This document shows positions 57,537-64,000 of a DNA stretch of 64,000 bases, piece after piece. The stretch comes from Myxococcota bacterium (GTDB lineage: Bacteria; Myxococcota_A; UBA9160; JAFDDA01). The notes beneath the pieces were generated by a model. The model made no database searches, had not been told where the DNA came from, and saw nothing but the letters and a program-made list of their open reading frames with translations. Position 1 is the stretch's first letter, and each line of letters starts with the position of its first letter. Position numbers and translations under genes: made by a program. The DNA is taken from positions 448,001 to 512,000 of the forward strand of contig OZ245817.1 of the NCBI GenBank assembly GCA_965228475.1. Reading direction: 5' to 3'.

Positions 57537-59612
57537 ATGGCGGAACGAACGGAGGACGAGCAGGGCCGCGAGGCGCGGATCGAGAAGATCGTGGCCGAGC
57601 TCTCGCTCGACGAGAAGATCTTCATGCTCTCGGGCCACGGCTTCATGGACTCGGTGACGGGAGAAGGCGGACGCTACTGCGGCGAGCCACACCACATCGG
57701 CGCCGGAAACGAACGGCTCGGCGTTCCGAAGCTCTTCTTCCTCGACGGCCCGCGCGGCGTCGCCGCCGGCGAGTCCACCTGTTTTCCCGTTCCGATGGCG
57801 CGGGGTGCAAGCTTCGACGTCGACCTCGAGGAGCGCATCGGCCAGGCGATCGGCCGCGAGATGCGCGCCCACGGCGCCAATCTCTTTGGCGGCGTCTGCA
57901 TCAACCTGCTCCGGCACCCGGCCTGGGGGCGCGCCCAGGAGACCTACGGGGAGGATCCCCACCTGCTCGGAGAGATGGGCGCGGCCCTCGTGCGGGGCGT
58001 CCAGCGGCACGGCGTGGTGGCGACGCCGAAGCACTTCGCCGCCAACAGCATGGAGAACGCGCGTTTCACGGTGGACGTGAAGGCCGAGGAGCGGCCCCTC
58101 CGCGAGGTCTACCTGCCCCACTTCAAGCGCTGCATCGACGAGGGCGCGGGCGCCGTCATGTCGGCCTACAACCAGTTGAACGGAGCGTACTGTGGGCACA
58201 ACCCGGAGCTGCTGACGCGGATCCTGAAGGAGGAGTGGGGCTTCGACGGTTTCGTCTACTCCGACTTCGTGCTCGGCTGCCGCGGGGCCGATGCCTGTGC
58301 CGCCGGGCTCGACGTGGAGGCCCCCGACACGATCCAGTTCGGAGAGAAGCTCCGCCTGGCGGTCGACGACGGCGTCGTGCCGCTGGCAAGGATCGACGAC
58401 GCGGTGCGTCGCATCCTGCGGAGCCTCTTTCGAGCCCTCGAGACGCCCGCTCCCGAAACCTATGAGCCGAGCGTCGTCGCCTGCGCGGACCACGTCGCCC
58501 TGGCGCGCGAGGCGGCGCAGAAGAGCATCGTCCTGCTGAAGAACGAGAACGCACTCCCTTGGGACCCGGCCGCGGTGCGGCGTGTCCTCATCGTGGGCCG
58601 GCTCGCCGCCGAGCCGAATCTGGGCGACCACGGCTCGAGCCGGGTCTACCCGCCGCGGGTCTCGACACCGCTCGACGGCCTGCGCGCCGCCTGCCCGCCG
58701 GGCTGCGAGATCGTCCACGACGCGGGCGACGATCGCGAACGCGTGGCGCGCCTCGCGAGCGAAGCCGACGCCGTGCTGGTCGTCGCCGGCCACACGCACC
58801 TCGAGGAGGGCGAGTACATCCCCGCCCCGATGGCGGATCCGAACGACCCGACGCTGACGATCGGCGGGGACCGCCTCGATCTCACGCTCGGCAAGGCGCA
58901 GGACCAGCTCGTGCAGGCCGTCGCGGCCGCCAACGCGAAGACCGTCGTCGCCGTCATGGCGGGCTCCGCCGTGCTGATGGAGGCGTGGCGCGAGCAGGCC
59001 GCCGGGATCCTCCTGCTCTGGTACCCGGGGATGGAAGGGGGCGCCGCTCTGGCCGACGTCCTCTGGGGCGCGGTCGATCCCTCCGGGCGTCTGCCCTTCA
59101 CGATCCCGAAGCGCCCGGAGGACCTCCCGTACTTCGATCGGGATGCGGCCGAGATCGAGTACGACCTCTGGCACGGCTACACGAAGCTCGAGCGCGACGG
59201 CATCGAACCGGCCTTCCCCTTCGGCTTCGGGCTTTCCTACTCGAGCTTCGAGCTTGCGGGCGCCGAAGCCTTGGTCGAGGAGGAGACGCTTCGCGTGGGC
59301 GTCGACGTGAGAAACGCGGGCGCGCGCGACGCGGAGACCGTCGTCCAGGTCTACGCCGGCTGGGCGCAGCCCGACGCCGACCAGCCGCGAAAGCGGCTGT
59401 GCGGTTTCGGCCGGGTTGCCGTGGCGGGGAACGGCGCCCGTCGCGCCGAGATCGAGATCCCCTTGAAGCGGCTCGCCTGGTTCGATCCGGAGGCGAAGGC
59501 GTGGCGCCTCGGCGCCCGCGACTGGCGGCTCCACGTCGGCACCAGCAGCGCCGAGGGGCTCACCGTCCCCCTCGCCCTCGAAGAGCGCACCTGGTCGATT
59601 CGCGAGCGGTAG
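57537..59612 (+). CDS. GH3 beta-xylosidase/beta-glucosidase (cytoplasmic)
   Basis: DGPRG, ETYGEDP, KHFAAN, MSAYN, YSD (nucleophile) and FPFGFGLSY motifs; no signal peptide. Confidence 0.95.
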   Translation: MAERTEDEQGREARIEKIVAELSLDEKIFMLSGHGFMDSVTGEGGRYCGEPHHIGAGNERLGVPKLFFLDGPRGVAAGESTCFPVPMARGASFDVDLEERIGQAIGREMRAHGANLFGGVCINLLRHPAWGRAQETYGEDPHLLGEMGAALVRGVQRHGVVATPKHFAANSMENARFTVDVKAEERPLREVYLPHFKRCIDEGAGAVMSAYNQLNGAYCGHNPELLTRILKEEWGFDGFVYSDFVLGCRGADACAAGLDVEAPDTIQFGEKLRLAVDDGVVPLARIDDAVRRILRSLFRALETPAPETYEPSVVACADHVALAREAAQKSIVLLKNENALPWDPAAVRRVLIVGRLAAEPNLGDHGSSRVYPPRVSTPLDGLRAACPPGCEIVHDAGDDRERVARLASEADAVLVVAGHTHLEEGEYIPAPMADPNDPTLTIGGDRLDLTLGKAQDQLVQAVAAANAKTVVAVMAGSAVLMEAWREQAAGILLLWYPGMEGGAALADVLWGAVDPSGRLPFTIPKRPEDLPYFDRDAAEIEYDLWHGYTKLERDGIEPAFPFGFGLSYSSFELAGAEALVEEETLRVGVDVRNAGARDAETVVQVYAGWAQPDADQPRKRLCGFGRVAVAGNGARRAEIEIPLKRLAWFDPEAKAWRLGARDWRLHVGTSSAEGLTVPLALEERTWSIRER

Positions 59613-59683
59613 GGCCATTTGCGCCCAGGCCGGCGAGCCACGATGCTCGGCCGTCTTCCTGCCTTCGGAGTTCGCCGCCGCCC

Positions 59684-60562
59684 GTGCCCCTCGAAACCCT
59701 CGGTCTCGTTCTGCTTTCCTCGCTGCTCCACGCCGCATGGACGGCGAGCATCAAGGGCAGCCGCGACCCGCTCGCCTTCAACCTGCTCCAGGCGGTGCCC
59801 TTCGTCCCGATCGTCGCGGGCATGCTCCTGGTGGTGGACCTCTCCGCCGTGCCCGCGCGCGCCTGGCAGATGTTCGCGGCCTCGTCGGTCGTTCACGCCG
59901 CCTACGTCTACTGGCTCTCGCGCGCGCTCGAGACCACGGACTTCTCCGTGGCCTATCCGATCATGCGCTCGACGCCGGCCTTCCTCCCGCTCGTCGCGGT
60001 CCCGCTGCTCGGCGAGCGCGTCTCGCTCGTCGGAGCGCTCGGGATCGGCGTGGTCGTCGCCGGCATGTGGCTCGTCCATACCCGCGGGAGCTTCCGCCTC
60101 GCGAACTTCGTCCAGCCGGGGACCGGTTTCGCCTACCTGGTCCTGCTCTCGACGGTGGCGTACTCGCTCACGGACAAGGCGGCCATGGTCGCGCTCACCG
60201 GGAACGGCTGGAGTCAGCCCGTGCCGGCTTCCCTCCTCTACTTCTATGGGATCGGCGTCGGCTACGCGGTCTGCATGGCCCCCTTCGCGCTGCGGCGCAC
60301 CTCGCTCCGGGATCTCGCGACGGTCGGCCGCCGCGAGTGGCGCGCCATCCTCGCGGCCGGCGCGGGGAGCGCCGCGAGCTACTCGCTCATCCTCGAAGCC
60401 TTCCGCTCCGCGCCGGCGAGCTACGTCGTGACGGTGCGCCAGGCGTCGGTGCTCTTCGCCGTCGCCATCGCCGCCTTCTGGTTCCGCGAAGCGCCGGGCC
60501 GCGCCCGGGTCGCCGGCGCCCTGCTGACCGTGCTGGGCGTGGCGCTGGTGTCACTCGCCTAG
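59684..60562 (+). CDS. EamA/DMT-family transporter
   Basis: LHAAW, DFSVAYPIMR and VRQASV motifs; about 10 TM helices. Confidence 0.88.
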   Translation: MPLETLGLVLLSSLLHAAWTASIKGSRDPLAFNLLQAVPFVPIVAGMLLVVDLSAVPARAWQMFAASSVVHAAYVYWLSRALETTDFSVAYPIMRSTPAFLPLVAVPLLGERVSLVGALGIGVVVAGMWLVHTRGSFRLANFVQPGTGFAYLVLLSTVAYSLTDKAAMVALTGNGWSQPVPASLLYFYGIGVGYAVCMAPFALRRTSLRDLATVGRREWRAILAAGAGSAASYSLILEAFRSAPASYVVTVRQASVLFAVAIAAFWFREAPGRARVAGALLTVLGVALVSLA

Positions 60563-60667
60563 GCCTGTGCGAGGGGCGCCAGGGCCTCGCGCGAGCGTCT
60601 CCCTCGACAGTCGAGCGCGCCGTGGCGTAGGCTGGGAGCACGTTCCTCGATCCAGGTCGGAGTTCCC

Positions 60668-63508
60668 ATGGTCAGGCGGATCCCCGGACTCCTCGTCCTT
60701 CTCGGCATGCTCGTCGCGACCGACGGCCGCGCCGCCTGGGTCATCCCCGGCAACGACAACAGCGGCTTCTTCGGCGTCCGGCTCGAGGTGTTCGACGAGG
60801 ACTCCGGAGCCCTCGTCGGCGAGCTCGCCCGGGAGTTCGGCCAACCCACCGCGATGGCGAACGATCCCGCAGGGAACGTCTGGATCGCGAACGCCTCCGA
60901 GCTGCGGCAGTACGACGGTTTCACCGGAGACGAACTCGCACGCTTCCCGGCGCCCGGTTCGGGCCCGCCGGAAGGCCTGCTCTTCCTCGCGAACGGCGAG
61001 CTGCTCGTTGCCGACAGCGGCGAAGACATCGTGCACCGCGTCGACCCCACGAGCGGAGCGGTGCTCGGCACCGCGATCTTCGGGAGCGCCGCAACCGGGC
61101 TCACCGCGCTTGCCGTGGGCCCGACGGGGGATCTCTTCGCCGCCGACCCGGCCCTCGGGCGGCTGTTCCGTTTCGATTCCACCTCCGGACGGCGGCTCGG
61201 CGCATTCCCCCTTTCGGTGACCCTCCCGCGTGGCATGGCCTTCGGTGCGGACGGGATGCTCTACGTCTCGAGCAACTCCGACGACACCGTCGTCCGGGTC
61301 GACCCGGCGACGGGCGCCACCCTTTCGACGTTCGCCTCGGGCGGCGGCCTGGATGCACCCGAGGGCGTCGCGTTCGGGAGCGACGGGCACCTCTACGTCG
61401 CGAGTTCCGGCAGCGATGAAATCCTCCGCTTCGACGGGGCGACCGGCGCGCCGCTCGGCGTGTTCGCGACCGGTGGCGGCCTGGCGACGCCGAGCGGGAT
61501 CACCTTCGGCCCCGATGGCCATCTCTACGTGGCGAACCTCGGGAGCGGCGAGATCGTTCGCTTCGACGGGGCGACGGGCGCGTCGCTCGGCGTCTTCGCG
61601 ACGCTCACGACGGCGGTCCATCGTGCCCTCGCCTTCGCCTCCAACGGGGATCTCGTGGCGACCGCCGATACGGGCCCGACCCAGCAGCTGCGGCGCTACG
61701 ACGGAGCGACGGGCGCGATCGAGGGGTTCCGGTCGGCATCGGGTGCGGACGGGGTGGCCGCGGTCGCCGGGGAGCGGGTCTTCGTCGCGCGCACCGTTCA
61801 GGTCGATACCCACGACGTCTCGGCGGCATCGGGCGCCACGAACCTCGGCGTGCTGGCCGGCCCGGCGGAGCCCGCGGACCCGTCCCACCTGCAGCTCGGC
61901 CCCGATGGCTTCATCTACCTGACGGACGCCGGCGATCGCATCCTCGCCTACGACCCGGCGGACTTCCTCCCGACGGGCTTCGTCGCGGAAGGCGGTGCCG
62001 TGGCCGGCTTGCGGGGGTTCGATTTCGGGCCCGGCGGCGACCTCTACGTCGCGAGCGCCGGGACCGACGAGGTCTTCCGCTACGACGGAAGCACGGGTGC
62101 GCCCGTCGGGGCCTTCGCTTCGGACCCCGGGCTCGACGCCCCGCGCGACGTCCGGTTCGCCCCCGATGGCGATCTCCTCGTCGCCGGGACCGCGACGGGC
62201 GTGCGGCGCTATGACGGCACGACCGGCGCCTTCATCGACGTCTTCATCTCGCCGGTCTCCTTCTACATCCCCTATTTCCTCTCGCGCTCGACGGCCCCGG
62301 AGGTCCTCCCCGGACTCATGCCGGTGATCGACGGAACCGGCGACGGCACGAGCCCGCTCGTCGACCCGACGGATGCGGCCCTCGGGCCCGACGGTGCCGT
62401 CTACGTCGTGGGCCGCGGCTCGCAGAACGTGTTCCGCGTCGACGCCGACGGGACGGTCACGCTGCTGCTCGATGCTGCGGGCGGCGGAAGCGGCGTGCCG
62501 CTCTCGAACCCGTTCCGGATCGCCGTGGGTGCCGACGGCACGGTCGCCGTGGCGGGCGACAACGAGGCCGTGCACCGCATCAAGCCCGACGGCAGCGTGA
62601 CGGCCGTCCGCGACGAGACCGACGGTGGATGGCTCGGCGCGCGCGACGTCGCCGTGGGACCGACCGGGAACGTCTACGCGACGGGCCCCTGGCCGAGCGT
62701 CTGGAAGATCACGCCCGACGACGTCGCCACCCAGATCATCACCCTGACCGGAGACGGACAGGGCAACGGATTGAACGACCCGACGAGCCTCTGGGTCGAC
62801 GAGGACGAGTTCGTCGTGGTCGGCGCCGATGGGAGCGACAACGTCTTCGAGATCTCGCCGACCGGCGACATCGAGCTCCTCTACGCCTCGCCGAGCCCGG
62901 CCACCATCACCGACGTGGCCAAGGACGCACAGGGCAACGTCTACGTCGCGGCGGGCACCGTGCTTCAACTCCCGCCGGGCGGCGGCGTCGTGAGCGTCCT
63001 CGGCGGAGAGCGCCTGACCGTGGACGCGGATGGCGATCTGTTCGCACGAACGTCGAGCGGCGCCTATCTCCGCCGCACGCCCGGGGGAGACACGGCCGTC
63101 GTCGAAGCGCCGGCGACGGCCCTTGGCTTGATCGCCGCCGTGGCCGAGGACTTCGAGGCGGACGCGTCCGGTCTCCTCCTGCCGAGCCTCGTAGGGAACG
63201 CCGTCTACCGCGTGCCGCTTCCGCCCGAGTGCGGCGACGGTCTCGACAACGACGGGGACGGTCTCGTGGACTTCCCGGACGACCCCGGATGCCGCGACGT
63301 CGACTGGTTCGAAGCGCCGCCCTGCGACGACGGTCTCGACAACGACCTCGACGGCAGGATCGACTTCGCCGGCGGCCCGGGCGGCGAGCCGCCCGACGGC
63401 GTGTGCAAGGCACCCTGGGAACTGTTCGAGAAGTCGGGCTGCGGCCTCGGACCGGAGCTCGCGCCGCTGTTGGCCCTGCTGCTGGCGGGACGGCGAAGGA
63501 CCGCTTGA
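60668..63508 (+). CDS. Secreted NHL/Vgb-like multi-beta-propeller protein with DGLDND motifs and CGLGPEL tail
   Basis: Many P.G.AFGPDG.LYVAS...RYDG.TG repeats; CGDGLDNDGDG and CDDGLDNDLDG; tail GCGLGPELAPLLALLLAGRRR. Confidence 0.9.
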   Translation: MVRRIPGLLVLLGMLVATDGRAAWVIPGNDNSGFFGVRLEVFDEDSGALVGELAREFGQPTAMANDPAGNVWIANASELRQYDGFTGDELARFPAPGSGPPEGLLFLANGELLVADSGEDIVHRVDPTSGAVLGTAIFGSAATGLTALAVGPTGDLFAADPALGRLFRFDSTSGRRLGAFPLSVTLPRGMAFGADGMLYVSSNSDDTVVRVDPATGATLSTFASGGGLDAPEGVAFGSDGHLYVASSGSDEILRFDGATGAPLGVFATGGGLATPSGITFGPDGHLYVANLGSGEIVRFDGATGASLGVFATLTTAVHRALAFASNGDLVATADTGPTQQLRRYDGATGAIEGFRSASGADGVAAVAGERVFVARTVQVDTHDVSAASGATNLGVLAGPAEPADPSHLQLGPDGFIYLTDAGDRILAYDPADFLPTGFVAEGGAVAGLRGFDFGPGGDLYVASAGTDEVFRYDGSTGAPVGAFASDPGLDAPRDVRFAPDGDLLVAGTATGVRRYDGTTGAFIDVFISPVSFYIPYFLSRSTAPEVLPGLMPVIDGTGDGTSPLVDPTDAALGPDGAVYVVGRGSQNVFRVDADGTVTLLLDAAGGGSGVPLSNPFRIAVGADGTVAVAGDNEAVHRIKPDGSVTAVRDETDGGWLGARDVAVGPTGNVYATGPWPSVWKITPDDVATQIITLTGDGQGNGLNDPTSLWVDEDEFVVVGADGSDNVFEISPTGDIELLYASPSPATITDVAKDAQGNVYVAAGTVLQLPPGGGVVSVLGGERLTVDADGDLFARTSSGAYLRRTPGGDTAVVEAPATALGLIAAVAEDFEADASGLLLPSLVGNAVYRVPLPPECGDGLDNDGDGLVDFPDDPGCRDVDWFEAPPCDDGLDNDLDGRIDFAGGPGGEPPDGVCKAPWELFEKSGCGLGPELAPLLALLLAGRRRTA

Positions 63509-63651
63509 GCTCCTAGCGCGTCCGCGGCGGTTTCCCCTCTGCTCGCCCGCGCCCCCCAGGGATTCGCTTCGCCGGGCGTTCGTGCGAACGAACCGCACAC
63601 AAGGTGACGGCAGTCACGCCGCCCGGTGTAACCATCTGCAAAGTTAGGGAG

Positions 63652-64000
63652 GTGACGACCGAAGACACCCAGAATCGGCCGAGCCTCGCCGTGCTCGGCA
63701 CGGTGGCCCTCGGTCTGCTCGGCGTTCTCGCGATCGCGATCACGGCCAACCGCCTCGCCTCGGATGCGCACGAACGCTCCGCCGAAGGTGCGGCGCGCTC
63801 CTACTCGGCGGCGCTCACCGCCGTTCGCGACCGCTACATCCAGGACATCGTGCAGAGCGCGGTCGTGCAGCACATGACCCCGGACGAGAAGCAGCATTTC
63901 ACCTACGGAAGCTTCCCGGTCGCCTACGAACTCCTGAACGAGGTGAGCGAGGATCTTGCCGGCTCCGAGCGGGGCCGCTTCCGCATCTACAGCGACTTCC
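63652..64000 (+). CDS. Partial: TM-anchored DUF3365 (Tll0287-like) sensor domain protein
   Basis: MTTEDTQNRPS-TM-...AARSYSAALTAVRDRY...FP...FRIYSDF; runs off the window; missing from the ORF track. Confidence 0.65.
   Translation, partial: MTTEDTQNRPSLAVLGTVALGLLGVLAIAITANRLASDAHERSAEGAARSYSAALTAVRDRYIQDIVQSAVVQHMTPDEKQHFTYGSFPVAYELLNEVSEDLAGSERGRFRIYSDF

Noticed and set aside
1..64000. CRISPR array, rRNA, intact IS/transposase, riboswitch
   Set aside because: None recognised by eye; the repeats seen are protein-coding. A covariance-model search was not possible.

Overview
High-GC (about 70% by eye) bacterial chromosome segment. Gene content suggests Myxococcota/Deltaproteobacteria-like, which is inference only. 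It holds about 55 CDS and three tRNAs: Arg-TCG, His-GTG and Arg-TCT. The left end is a decayed island at the 3' end of tRNA-Arg(TCG), with an integrase remnant, a transmembrane TIR protein, an antitoxin fragment and a broken PEP-CTERM gene. The remainder includes: a transglutaminase/Yip1/matrixin cluster; secreted hydrolases; Pit phosphate transport; an ECF sigma/anti-sigma plus two-component cluster; a TetR-amidohydrolase-TauE-selenoprotein-RND run; a His-rich ABC/DUF3299 operon; an iota-carbonic-anhydrase variant; sigma54-driven PEP/IPTL-CTERM genes; and a xylose locus (LacI, xylB, xylA, 2OG-Fe oxygenase, GH3). Main observations: (1) three unrelated secreted proteins end in an identical CGLGPEL-hydrophobic-polyArg tail, a candidate protein-sorting signal that I do not recognise as named; (2) a peroxiredoxin-like selenoprotein with a UxxT motif and SECIS-like hairpin, which the ORF track splits in two; (3) a sigma54 promoter with an IHF-like site and a perfect 34-bp AT-rich palindrome; (4) an iota-CA homolog with HHSS changed to QDSS. 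All family calls come from motif recognition, and no database search was run.
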